From a virus: a DNA stretch of 64,000 nt. The translations under genes were made by a program, and so were the position numbers. Each line of letters begins with the position of its first letter. The stretch's first letter is position 1. The notes beneath the pieces were generated by a model that saw only the letters and a list, made by a program, of their open reading frames with translations, did not search any database and was not told the DNA's origin. The stretch covers positions 1 through 64,000 of the IMG/VR virus record IMGVR_UViG_3300031414_000009. The stretch is one strand, 5' to 3'. Below, in pieces: positions 18,351 through 27,902 of this stretch.

Positions 18351-19421
18351 TTATTTAAATGAAACCGAACGCTCGAGACTGTGGTCAAAAGTAATACCAC
18401 GATACTTATCACGAGTAACGCGCAGCGCGTCGATGGAGAGAACCACGTCAGCTTCCATGGTGTGTGGAATATGGTGCGGCTCCATCATGAAGCAGTGCGG
18501 CTGGCAGGCCAGAATGCCAATTGCGACCTTATTGTCAATAACCGCCTGAGTGCGTTGGTTACGGATCATGCTACGATCGCTTGAGGCATTGTAGAAGATG
18601 AAATCGGGTGACTCATTGTCAACCCATTCCAGCGAACGATCCAGCCAGGCAGTAATGTCCTGAAGACGATACTGTCCCGCGTTAAACGCGATCAGCACCA
18701 GCGTGCCTGGCACCAGACCGAATTCGTCTGGAATCAGTTTCTTCAGTTCTTCGGTAGCGAAGACGGCCACTGGTTTAGGACGCTCAATCAGCTCCAGCTC
18801 AGCCGGAACTTCCTGCACCTCCGCAGCTTCAGTGAAGTTCGTTTCAGCAGTATCTGCTACCTGGTACTGTTGTTCGCCACTGCGACCTTTCAGCACGTCA
18901 ACCAGCGTAGTTCCCTGCGCCTCGAGTTCACTGTCCAACAGAGTAATCGGATCTTCTGACTTCTCTTTGGCAGTAAGTTCAACGCCAAAGTCCGCAGCGA
19001 CTTCTGCCAATGCATCAGACGGCCAGAGAGACTCATCTTTAAGCGGCTGCACGCGACCATACGCCTGCTCCAAAGACACGGCGCTGGATGTCGGGGTAGA
19101 CAGAGCAATGGTGCGAGTTTCGAAAGGTACATCGTTGACCTTGCGTTTCAACTCCTCCCATTTCTGCTGACCACCGAATGCTTCAATCTGTTCAGCTGAA
19201 GGTTCGTCGTCCGGCAGTCGCAATTTACCCGCTTCGGCGTCAGCCTGGAACCGAGCAAAGCCTTCGGGATCGATGCTATAGCCTTCTGGCAGCGTGCCCG
19301 CTTCCGGCACCTTACCCTTTTCAGCTGCCGGGATTGTTAAAGATTCGTTAGTATTCGCACTAACGTCAACCACGGTTGTTGACACGTTTGGTGTCTTCTT
19401 GCCTTTATTTTTCTTCGCCAT
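18351..19421 (-). CDS. Hypothetical protein, acidic, possible degenerate RecA-like C-terminal domain
   Basis: GLVPGTLVLIA, ADVVLSI. Confidence 0.65.
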   Translation of the reverse strand: MAKKNKGKKTPNVSTTVVDVSANTNESLTIPAAEKGKVPEAGTLPEGYSIDPEGFARFQADAEAGKLRLPDDEPSAEQIEAFGGQQKWEELKRKVNDVPFETRTIALSTPTSSAVSLEQAYGRVQPLKDESLWPSDALAEVAADFGVELTAKEKSEDPITLLDSELEAQGTTLVDVLKGRSGEQQYQVADTAETNFTEAAEVQEVPAELELIERPKPVAVFATEELKKLIPDEFGLVPGTLVLIAFNAGQYRLQDITAWLDRSLEWVDNESPDFIFYNASSDRSMIRNQRTQAVIDNKVAIGILACQPHCFMMEPHHIPHTMEADVVLSIDALRVTRDKYRGITFDHSLERSVSFK

Positions 19422-19620
19422 TTAAAACCTCACACGATTCTGTATGTGTGCCGAACGTGGACATAACTTCGACCATGTGCAGCGTAACTGTTGGTAATGC
19501 TTTATCGGTGGTGACCTCTGAAAGCTGATAGCCGTCACCGACTAAACCCAAAGATACCAAAGTTCTACGTTCCCCAGGGAAGGGAGAGAAGCTAAACTGT
19601 GCTACTTGTTCACCCACCAT
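19405..19620 (-). CDS. Hypothetical protein
   Basis: Fills gap between coupled genes. Confidence 0.5.
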   Translation of the reverse strand: MVGEQVAQFSFSPFPGERRTLVSLGLVGDGYQLSEVTTDKALPTVTLHMVEVMSTFGTHTESCEVLNGEEK

Positions 19621-20659
19621 AATGTCCTACCTTATCAACGATCCACTCTGGTGAAATGGATACTACTTCGTAATCATCGTTATCCGGATCTTTATATTCG
19701 AAGTTCAGGTCGGCGCTGCGCCAGAACGTCGTGCCCGGATGTAACACCAACCCACTCCCACAAAATGCCATGCCCGCTTCAGCGTAGTAGATTTCGGTCA
19801 TGGATGGGTGTCGTTCGCTAAGGAGATCGTAATAATCTTCATTAGGTGGAGACCAGGCCGTGTCGAAGTCCAGATAAACCATCTTAGTGTCTTCATCGAC
19901 GTTAACATGGAACTGGAATCCTGGCCACTTAGTCCCGTACTTAGACACGTAACTACCGTAGCTGGAGTGACGACTGCCTAACCGCCCTAACCGAAGTGGG
20001 TTATCCGGATCAGGCGCACGCATGTGGCCATTGAACCCGTTTATCTCAGGTAAGACATCAGGCGGGATAACCTCCAACATAGAGTGATAGCCATCGGGGT
20101 CCGTGGGTTCCTTTACACGCACCGGGATTTCCTCATCTTTCCGGTAGTAGTAATTTAACCAGCCGAAATAGCGATCGTTAATGGTGTTAGTTTGATCTGT
20201 TCGTGTAAACATATCGGCACAGTAATCGAAATAGACTTCTTTGAAAAGATCGGCACTCTGTTTCCAGGACTCCGAAGCAGTTACGCACTCCACGAGTGTG
20301 TCGATGGTATCAAAGAAACGACGACTGTTGGCAAAGGCAACCAATCGAGTTAATTTGTCAGTATCAAATACCCCGGTTAATTCCAAGGCAAGATCTGACG
20401 CCTCGTCGTCGATAGGCTTATTGAAGTCTACACGAGCACCGCCGTATTTAGTCATCCAGCTAAAAGGTTCGTGACCGTAGCACTCTCCACGAACGCGAAT
20501 AACCCCTGAGAAGACTAGAAGGAATAGCGCCCTGGCTGAGTGCACGCCGTGTGCCAACAGTTCGCTGAACCCGGATGAATCCATGGCCTGGATAACGCTC
20601 TCTCTTGTAGCACCTTTCGCCGGATCGAAGTAGATCCTGTTTGCTACCCAGTTTGGCAT
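19610..20659 (-). CDS. DUF1281/YubB ferredoxin-like domain protein
   Basis: MPNWVANRI, YGTKW, FDTAWSPP, YYAEAGMAFCG. Confidence 0.8.
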   Translation of the reverse strand: MPNWVANRIYFDPAKGATRESVIQAMDSSGFSELLAHGVHSARALFLLVFSGVIRVRGECYGHEPFSWMTKYGGARVDFNKPIDDEASDLALELTGVFDTDKLTRLVAFANSRRFFDTIDTLVECVTASESWKQSADLFKEVYFDYCADMFTRTDQTNTINDRYFGWLNYYYRKDEEIPVRVKEPTDPDGYHSMLEVIPPDVLPEINGFNGHMRAPDPDNPLRLGRLGSRHSSYGSYVSKYGTKWPGFQFHVNVDEDTKMVYLDFDTAWSPPNEDYYDLLSERHPSMTEIYYAEAGMAFCGSGLVLHPGTTFWRSADLNFEYKDPDNDDYEVVSISPEWIVDKVGHYGG

Positions 20660-20669
20660 TACTGTCCCC

Positions 20670-21011
20670 CTACGCGCCTGACGTGCGCTCCAGAATGTGG
20701 GTATGCAGGAGATCAACTAGATCCTCTGCTTCTTCTAACAGCGCACAACGAATGAAAATCCTATCGATCTTCGGATGGTTGGTAATGTCAAATTCAACCA
20801 CAGGTTGTTTGCCGCGCATGGTCAGACGATTATAAGCCCGAATACCGTTGACCATTGAGAACTTAACCAATGCTGTTCTGCCTGGTCCTTGAATCACCAT
20901 CACTGGATTTGAGTGACGACTGATCATCAACTCGTACTCTGAACCTAGAGCAGTGAATGGTAAATTAGATCCGCCCAATACTGCCCCAGGCGTAATTGCA
21001 TTTACGTCCAT
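20670..21011 (-). CDS. Hypothetical protein
   Basis: ORF with AAGGA SD. Confidence 0.65.
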   Translation of the reverse strand: MDVNAITPGAVLGGSNLPFTALGSEYELMISRHSNPVMVIQGPGRTALVKFSMVNGIRAYNRLTMRGKQPVVEFDITNHPKIDRIFIRCALLEEAEDLVDLLHTHILERTSGA

Positions 21012-21021
21012 AACTACGTCC

Positions 21022-21741
21022 TTACTTTTTCAAAGACAGCAACCAGTCACACATGTGCTCACGCATAGCACGATGTCCGTAGCCAGGCTCAGTGAAGGTC
21101 TCTGTATGACCTGGATACGTGAGTATCTGTTTGCCATTTTTATAGCTAACCTCGATGCTGCAACGTTTGATGATTTCCCACACCCAGAATTCATTTTTGT
21201 ATGGGTTGAAGTCACGGTCGGGATGCTGGTAACTAACGTAGATCTCCCTGCCTTCGGAATCACGTTCCCAGCGACAATCGGTGAAGCGACACATTTCAGC
21301 GAGTCGCTCTATCTTACGCTGTTCTCGCCCACGTCCCTTGGTGACACGCACTCCACTGTTAAGGCGTTCCTCTTGCTCTGCCAGGAGATCGGAGATCACC
21401 AATGCCAACTGAGGCTCGATTTGAAGTCGAGCTTTCAGTGGTTTATAGCCACGTTTAGTTTTGTGCCAAATGCCGATGGGTCGAGCAACACACTCAGCTT
21501 CACGATCGGTGTCCAGTGAGAAACCGACCGTAACCAATTTCTCATACGTCGCCTGTTGTTCGATCTCAATGACGGAGACTTGCAGAGTGGCAGATAAATA
21601 TTCATACCCTGGCGGTAAACCGGTCGGTAACTCACCCTTTGCGTCACGAGTAAACATAATCGGTTTTCTACTCGGTCCTAGCGTCATCTTACCGTAGGCA
21701 AGAATAGACTGCTTGGTTTCAATATTCGTCAACATTTTCAT
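21022..21741 (-). CDS. Hypothetical early protein
   Basis: ORF downstream of early promoter. Confidence 0.7.
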   Translation of the reverse strand: MKMLTNIETKQSILAYGKMTLGPSRKPIMFTRDAKGELPTGLPPGYEYLSATLQVSVIEIEQQATYEKLVTVGFSLDTDREAECVARPIGIWHKTKRGYKPLKARLQIEPQLALVISDLLAEQEERLNSGVRVTKGRGREQRKIERLAEMCRFTDCRWERDSEGREIYVSYQHPDRDFNPYKNEFWVWEIIKRCSIEVSYKNGKQILTYPGHTETFTEPGYGHRAMREHMCDWLLSLKK

Positions 21742-21771
21742 TCCTTATTTCAGTAGTCGTTCGTTACATTA

Positions 21772-21790
21772 GGGTAATGTATATTTAAAA
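21772..21790 (-). promoter_or_regulatory. Early-type promoter
   Basis: TTTTAAATATACATTACCC. Confidence 0.65.
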
Positions 21791-21844
21791 ACAGAAAGAA
21801 AAAGAGGAGTCATAAAACCCCCACCTTTCGGCAGGGGTTGTGTA

Positions 21845-22465
21845 TTACGATCTGTCGTTCAGGAGTTCTGAGATGACATGTGGTGTGATGGCCACGGCAT
21901 ACGGGTGAATATCCATCTGATGGCGATACGCAATCAGGGTCATGCGCTCACACTTATGTACCCAACTTTCTGAGTGGAAGTGGCAGAGCATGTTCAACAG
22001 TGAATAGTGATCGAGTTCTGCCAATCCGGTTTCATTGGTATAGTCGTCCAGCTCTTCACCCACCGCCATCAACCGGAAGTCTTTCGGGTAGAACTGAAGA
22101 AGCTCATTGACACTATCCCGGAAGAATGGGTATGGAATCAGCGGCACGTTAGGGTCGCCTTTCACCAGCCAGGTCAGGAAGCTATGTTCAATGCGTGCAA
22201 ACACCTGATCATACTCGTTAGAGCCTTCCCAACACGCTGTAACCAGACCGTGCTCGATCAGCCACTTACTTACGCCACCGATAAAGGTAGGGATCTCAGA
22301 TGCAGCGTATGCTACGTCTTTGTCGAAGTACCATTCCACAGTACCATCGCCAGTGCGAAGAACCCACCCAATGATGGTCCCTTCGAACATATCTGACTCG
22401 ATGGGTAAGGCCAGACCTTTATTGAGATCTGGGTTATACACGAGCTTGATGTAATTCTTTGTCAT
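21845..22465 (-). CDS. Hypothetical protein
   Basis: ORF. Confidence 0.7.
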   Translation of the reverse strand: MTKNYIKLVYNPDLNKGLALPIESDMFEGTIIGWVLRTGDGTVEWYFDKDVAYAASEIPTFIGGVSKWLIEHGLVTACWEGSNEYDQVFARIEHSFLTWLVKGDPNVPLIPYPFFRDSVNELLQFYPKDFRLMAVGEELDDYTNETGLAELDHYSLLNMLCHFHSESWVHKCERMTLIAYRHQMDIHPYAVAITPHVISELLNDRS

Positions 22466-23118
22466 TTTGCTTCCTTAACGATAACGATTTTCTTGAAGTT
22501 AGCTTCCGCACTTTTGAACTTAACGCGCGCGGCAACGTATTCAGCATATGTCGCTGCATCAGAGCGACTGTCAGGTCGAATGCCGATTACTTCAGCGACC
22601 TTCATTGCGATTTCGGCTGAAGCAGGTGACATATCGCCCAATGCCTGAGTAACGTAATAGCGCACAGGCATCACTTCGGTCGGCTCACTGTTGGCGTATA
22701 CATGATCGATGTATTCGGCCAATGCAGCGATGATGCCGTTTGGTGAGTTGGTTACACCGTAGCACATCAGTAGCTTTAGTTTCTCTTCGACAGTGAGAAG
22801 CGAGACTACCGCAATGCGCAGAAACATGATCGGGTCTTTATGCGAGCCGATTGTAATGTTACTGTTATGTAACACTGCCATGGCCACGGTGACGTTATCG
22901 CCTTGATAGACGTCAGCTTTCCACACGAACTCGCCGTCGTATCTGAGTTCTCCCCGCATAACCGCCTCATCGAAAAGGTCCCAATCGAACCCGTTGATGA
23001 TTCGCACGACATTCGCTAACCGAACGCGCATTCCGCGAGATTCAGCAACAACCTTATCGACAAGCTCTTTACGTGCTGTCGTTAATTTGTTGTCAATGCT
23101 AGTAGTTCCGTTGGCCAT
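22462..23118 (-). CDS. Hypothetical protein, winged-helix-like N-terminus (paralog of 26848-27474)
   Basis: G.RVR...WD.F...V.RG....G..VW shared. Confidence 0.65.
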   Translation of the reverse strand: MANGTTSIDNKLTTARKELVDKVVAESRGMRVRLANVVRIINGFDWDLFDEAVMRGELRYDGEFVWKADVYQGDNVTVAMAVLHNSNITIGSHKDPIMFLRIAVVSLLTVEEKLKLLMCYGVTNSPNGIIAALAEYIDHVYANSEPTEVMPVRYYVTQALGDMSPASAEIAMKVAEVIGIRPDSRSDAATYAEYVAARVKFKSAEANFKKIVIVKEAK

Positions 23119-23848
23119 TTTGCTCTCCCAGTGCCTGGTAAAGTTTAGTGAGTGCACCATGATGATTTTGGATCTCACTCATGATATCCGATTTAGACAT
23201 GCCTTTGAGTCGACCCTTTTCATTGATGTACTTATGAAACTCGTTACTCAGCGCACCAACTACATCTGGGCAGAAAGGCGCGAACTTCTTACCGACCAAC
23301 TCATCGATTCTCACGTCCCATGGGCGGGTTGGGTTTTCGGCTAAGACGTAATCACCCAACATCTTAGCTACCTCTGCCGTGTTACCTTTACGGGCACGCA
23401 ATAACCAATGCGCTCGTGAGTTAACGTCCATCGCTGCAAAGAATGGGTTTCTTAATGCCTGGATAAAATTAAGATGGTATGGAATTAGCGACGTGCGGAT
23501 AGTCTCCATCTTGGAATCGTCGGACAACAACTCAACAATACGCGGGTAGCTTTTAAAGGCGCTTGGCGAATGCTGTTTTGGGTAGATGGCGAATGGAGAC
23601 AGTTCTTCACGACCTTCCCGATCGGACGCCGCTAACGCAATCAACGGACCATTGAACATTTTACCTTTATCAGAAGTGCCCGTAACTTCAGCGATAGCTG
23701 TGGCGAATTGGAACATGTGCATTGGCACACCCAGCGCATAAAGTGCCACAACAAAGGCTTCCTCAGGAAGCAGGGCTTCGAGGAACTTACCACCCGCGAA
23801 CGGATCGAATTTAGGGACGGTGTTTTCAGGACCATTGTTATAAACCAT
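23099..23848 (-). CDS. Hypothetical protein
   Basis: ORF with AAGGA SD. Confidence 0.7.
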   Translation of the reverse strand: MVYNNGPENTVPKFDPFAGGKFLEALLPEEAFVVALYALGVPMHMFQFATAIAEVTGTSDKGKMFNGPLIALAASDREGREELSPFAIYPKQHSPSAFKSYPRIVELLSDDSKMETIRTSLIPYHLNFIQALRNPFFAAMDVNSRAHWLLRARKGNTAEVAKMLGDYVLAENPTRPWDVRIDELVGKKFAPFCPDVVGALSNEFHKYINEKGRLKGMSKSDIMSEIQNHHGALTKLYQALGEQNGQRNY

Positions 23849-23906
23849 GATTTTATTCCTTATTAAAGTAGCTAACAGTGATGGGGGTCTAAGGACCCCC
23901 TGGTTT

Positions 23907-24293
23907 TTATGCCCGAACGAGTGTCAGCAGCAGCATGTTCTCTGCCAACCAACCGTCTGGCGATTCATTAAACTCAGACTCTACTGCCTCACGGAAACGA
24001 TCCCACTGGTGCAACACCGCAGAGCCAGCTTTCTCTTCACTAATGGAGCGCTCGAGATCAGCGAACAGCACAGCGACTTGTTCTTCGTCCAAAGACAGAC
24101 ACTGTCCCTGCTCCAGTTCTTCGATCAAGCTGGTCAGATCGTTATCTGCGTCTTCGTCTAACCACGCGGCATCCACACGGGCGTATGCACGATCAATTTC
24201 GATCTCTTCAACCTCGATTGGGTTGGTGGTATCGAATTGACTACGCATTTCTTCGGTCGGTGCAACAGCGGAAATTGAAATTACGGTTTTCAT
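23907..24293 (-). CDS. Acidic hypothetical protein
   Basis: ORF, very D/E rich. Confidence 0.7.
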   Translation of the reverse strand: MKTVISISAVAPTEEMRSQFDTTNPIEVEEIEIDRAYARVDAAWLDEDADNDLTSLIEELEQGQCLSLDEEQVAVLFADLERSISEEKAGSAVLHQWDRFREAVESEFNESPDGWLAENMLLLTLVRA

Positions 24294-24532
24294 GGTTGTT
24301 CCTTATTGAAGTGGGGGAGATCTTGACCGGACGCTTCGACCATTTCTCTTAATACATCGAGTTCGGCTTGCATCTGGTCGATGGTAAAATCACGAAACGC
24401 TAATTCAGCAGCGATCTTACTTTTGCTGTCCAGACGTTCGCTGGTCATTGCCATTACGTGACGCATGTAATAACCGCCAACGCTGTCCAGTTCTTCGATG
24501 TCACGAGTTTCGTAGTTGTTAGTCGCGGTCAC
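24290..24532 (-). CDS. Conserved small phage protein
   Basis: YMRHVMAMTSERLDSKSKIAAELAFRD motif. Confidence 0.7.
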   Translation of the reverse strand: MTATNNYETRDIEELDSVGGYYMRHVMAMTSERLDSKSKIAAELAFRDFTIDQMQAELDVLREMVEASGQDLPHFNKEQP

Positions 24533-24836
24533 GGCGTGCCTTCCTTAATTTGTAGTCGGGTTGTGACATTCTTTCGATTGTCGTTTCGGGGGATTCGATG
24601 CTATACTCTATCTGATTGTTGGTCATCGTAAAAGTATAACGAAGGTCTATTGCTTCTGCTATCAACATGGCTGCATCCAGGGACCCTTTTATACAGGCCA
24701 CTCTGGAAACAACGGCCGCTGATAAACCGCAAAGGTTAGCGATGTCAGATTGCTTATGTCGTACACTCATCGCCTCCAACGCAACAGCGATGTTACTTTG
24801 AAGATGGTGTGAGAACCGTTTGGTGCACTTATACAA
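24519..24836 (-). CDS. XRE-like HTH protein
   Basis: QSDIANLCGLSAAVVSRV...SLDAAMLIAEAIDL. Confidence 0.65.
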   Translation of the reverse strand: MYKCTKRFSHHLQSNIAVALEAMSVRHKQSDIANLCGLSAAVVSRVACIKGSLDAAMLIAEAIDLRYTFTMTNNQIEYSIESPETTIERMSQPDYKLRKARRDRD

Positions 24837-24845
24837 AATGTCCTC

Positions 24846-25589
24846 CTAGAGCCGACGAACGTGAATACCTTTGACCCGACTCTCTTTAGCTAACGCTTTA
24901 CCAATACGGACAGCTTTAGCCTTACTAACCCCACGCGGATCAAAGTCGAAGTCTCGCAATTTACGAGTGTAGTGCTCTTCGAATTCGCCGAAGTGATAAT
25001 GGGTGTTTGGCCAAACCCCAGTAGGTTCTACTGGGAGAGTTAGTGCTTTTAACGGAAGACGGTAGGCCAATTTAACCCGATAGTCGTATCTTCTGTTAAT
25101 GCGCCACTCGGACGTATCGCCTTCGCGTTTCCACTTTTTGCGGTTTTCAACAACGTATACCGGTGGTTCAATGTCGTAACGCGCGTAGAACACCTCTAAC
25201 AATAACTGTGCATACCAGAGTTGCCCTTGGAAGTAACCAGAGTTGTCCTCTTTTGAGCTGATTGTGTCACCCATGTCACTGTTGTTATAACGAGCTTCAT
25301 TTAACAACCACTCCTCAGTTGGGTGTCGCGGGTAGCCTTGTGGAAACATAGTGTCGTAATCTACGCCATCGACACGGAGCCACATATGTAGACAGTGTGA
25401 CCGCCATTCCACACGTTTGGGATCGTAGTCATAACCGTGAATAAGAATATTACCCACGGCCATTGTCGCCATCCCACAGAAACCATTGTTGATTCTGTAG
25501 ATAGCTTTCTTACGATCCCGAGTACCGGTGATAACCTGGAATACGTCAACAAAGTCGTTGAGGAGTTGGCCTACTAATTTATCAGCCAC
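24846..25589 (-). CDS. Papain/transglutaminase-like Cys-His-Asp protein (paralog A)
   Basis: NGFCGMA...HMWLRVDGVDYDT. Confidence 0.6.
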   Translation of the reverse strand: MADKLVGQLLNDFVDVFQVITGTRDRKKAIYRINNGFCGMATMAVGNILIHGYDYDPKRVEWRSHCLHMWLRVDGVDYDTMFPQGYPRHPTEEWLLNEARYNNSDMGDTISSKEDNSGYFQGQLWYAQLLLEVFYARYDIEPPVYVVENRKKWKREGDTSEWRINRRYDYRVKLAYRLPLKALTLPVEPTGVWPNTHYHFGEFEEHYTRKLRDFDFDPRGVSKAKAVRIGKALAKESRVKGIHVRRL

Positions 25590-26445
25590 CGATCAGGTCC
25601 CCTTTGGTTGTGACTTTAAGATCGCCTGTCGCTACATTGAAGATAACGTTACGGCCAACAATCAATAAGTCGTAAGTGTCATTCTCAAATGAGAGCATCC
25701 CTTCGCGCACGTCGTCGTCCATGCTACGATGGTAATTTGCCAACAGGTACCAGGCACGCGGATTACTGCCGTATGCTACACACCACTCATTCAATGCGTT
25801 ATAGCAGTCAGCCGAACTGTTGCTTGGTTCAAAGAGGACATCCCGCGCTGTGTCGGTGTCCGACAACATTTCCAGGAAGCCACGGTAGAGTATCTCGTGG
25901 TCATCGCCATCGAAGATGTCCTCACCGCCGATGATGGCTTCCATGCTGTCCGCTTCATTGTTGTCTGGTAGTGACGGAGAGGTAAGCGCATCCGTATCGC
26001 CAGGACCCCAGGCGGCCAGCAGTGAGAAAGTATCGTAGAGACCAGAGTCGTCGCCTTCGAACACCGCCTCGACACGGAGCCAGTTGGTGACAACTGTATT
26101 TTCCTCTAACCAGAACTTGGCATTGTTCAGATCGTCGAGAGTGATCTTACCTTCTGGGTCCTTAGTGATCAACACACCTTCCGCAATAAAACGGAGGGGT
26201 GGGTTAGTCTTCCGCGCTTCCGCCAACAGTAGTTTCTTGAACGCATACTCAGGTTCACGCCCAAGGTTCTGTTCAGTGACAACGCCACCGCTAATTGTGA
26301 AGTGGTTACGGATACCACAGTCGTCGCAATACCAGGCCGTGCTAAAGGCTTCACGATCGGCTAGGTGGTCAATCGTACCGACGTCACCGCCACACTTAGC
26401 ACAACAGAGGATGGTGCTCGAAGCTACGCGTGTTTTAATGCTCAT
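25582..26445 (-). CDS. Zinc-ribbon domain hypothetical protein
   Basis: CAKC...WYCDDC. Confidence 0.7.
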   Translation of the reverse strand: MSIKTRVASSTILCCAKCGGDVGTIDHLADREAFSTAWYCDDCGIRNHFTISGGVVTEQNLGREPEYAFKKLLLAEARKTNPPLRFIAEGVLITKDPEGKITLDDLNNAKFWLEENTVVTNWLRVEAVFEGDDSGLYDTFSLLAAWGPGDTDALTSPSLPDNNEADSMEAIIGGEDIFDGDDHEILYRGFLEMLSDTDTARDVLFEPSNSSADCYNALNEWCVAYGSNPRAWYLLANYHRSMDDDVREGMLSFENDTYDLLIVGRNVIFNVATGDLKVTTKGDLIGG

Positions 26446-26454
26446 TCTGGCTCC

Positions 26455-26802
26455 TTATTTAAACGTCCAGTTGTTATTACCCTGGTTGGTGTAGACCTGT
26501 GCGTCCAGCATATTCGGACATTCGAAGAAATCGATTTTCACAGAGTCGCCGTAATTTAACTTAACGGGGTAGGGAAGCTTCCCGGTCATTGGGTGAACAC
26601 CCACACGACAGTGATCGCGGTTCATTGTAACTTTCTCGATAACGAGGTTGTCAGTTGTGCTGACAATAGTGACTTCGTTCCATTCGTTGTAAGAACCAGA
26701 GCGGACTTCGGCACTTAGCTTATAGGCTGGACCACTGTCTGCAATTGCGGCAGCGGTGAGTAAAACGGATGTAGCAGCGATTACTTTAAGGAACTTTTTC
26801 AT
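26455..26802 (-). CDS. Exported protein with signal peptide
   Basis: MKKFLKVIAATSVLLTAAAIA; Cys pair. Confidence 0.75.
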   Translation of the reverse strand: MKKFLKVIAATSVLLTAAAIADSGPAYKLSAEVRSGSYNEWNEVTIVSTTDNLVIEKVTMNRDHCRVGVHPMTGKLPYPVKLNYGDSVKIDFFECPNMLDAQVYTNQGNNNWTFK

Positions 26803-26847
26803 TTTACCCTCCTAAGGGCATAAGTGGGAACCGAAGTCCCCACCTGG

Positions 26848-27474
26848 TTATTTTAAGGTTTCGAGTTCATCACATAACTGTTCGCGTTGTACGCCGATGG
26901 TTTTAAGCGTTTTCTTAATATGGTCGCTTCTTCCATTACGGAAAGCCACCACCGCGAAGTTGACGATTGACTGGTAGTCGGTATTGATGTCGGCCACACT
27001 CATACCAAACAACTTGGTCAGGTTGAGTGTGACTGTTTCCAACGGGTTAGCGTCGGGTTGGTCAGTCCTAATCGCAATCGCTGTCGCTAAAGCATGGCAG
27101 ACTTCAACTTTATTCAGACCAGCGTACCGCCCGAATGCCATCAGCGCGATACGTGGGTCCATCATGTGGCCTGGTCCCTGGTAGTGGAAAAACGAATCCA
27201 CCGTCTTCTCGATGGGTGTCGCAGTCCAGCGACTAACCAAATCGTTCCACATGAACTCCGATGCCACCAGCGGTGTGTTATGATGTTCCGGTAGCCAGAC
27301 CAAACCATCGCAGGTAATAATGTCACCCTTACTTACATGTCGATGAAAATCATCCCACGCCTTCGAGTGTGTGAGTGTGTTACGGGCAAAGACATCAAAG
27401 CGAACTCTACCGCCAGTGTACTTAGATGCGTGTTGCAGTGATTCTAAAACCATGATGCGTAGTGATCCCGACAT
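26848..27474 (-). CDS. Hypothetical protein, winged-helix-like N-terminus
   Basis: Similar to 22462-23118. Confidence 0.65.
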   Translation of the reverse strand: MSGSLRIMVLESLQHASKYTGGRVRFDVFARNTLTHSKAWDDFHRHVSKGDIITCDGLVWLPEHHNTPLVASEFMWNDLVSRWTATPIEKTVDSFFHYQGPGHMMDPRIALMAFGRYAGLNKVEVCHALATAIAIRTDQPDANPLETVTLNLTKLFGMSVADINTDYQSIVNFAVVAFRNGRSDHIKKTLKTIGVQREQLCDELETLK

Positions 27475-27483
27475 CTGTTATCC

Positions 27484-27849
27484 TTAGCTGTGAAGCGATT
27501 GGGTGTATTGTTTGGCATAACGAACACGCTGAGTCAGTCCTTTGCGCAGGCAGTAACCTATCGGTTCTTCTACTTCGGTGTGGGTTGCTGAGACACCGTT
27601 TTCACGGGTCATCAGTATGCGGTAGTCGAGATCGATTGCATCAGCAATGGTCATGGCGGTGTCCAAGGTATAGCCAGTTTCATGGCCGTTCTTAATTCTG
27701 CTCAAGAGGCTTACACTGCAACCTATCTCTCTTGATAACGAAGCAAGGGTTTTTCTGTTCTTCATGTGCATGGCCAGAATATAGCTCAGGCTGATAACTA
27801 ATAACTGTTTTGCATTCAGAACGGAACTGTGTGAATAGCGTTTAGACAT
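27484..27849 (-). CDS. XRE-family HTH protein
   Basis: TLASLSREIGCSVSLLSRIKNG...TLDTAMTIADAIDL. Confidence 0.75.
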   Translation of the reverse strand: MSKRYSHSSVLNAKQLLVISLSYILAMHMKNRKTLASLSREIGCSVSLLSRIKNGHETGYTLDTAMTIADAIDLDYRILMTRENGVSATHTEVEEPIGYCLRKGLTQRVRYAKQYTQSLHS

Positions 27850-27902
27850 GGGATACTCCTTTTAGAAATAAGATGGGGTAGTTTCCTACCCCTTGGTTTG
27901 AA

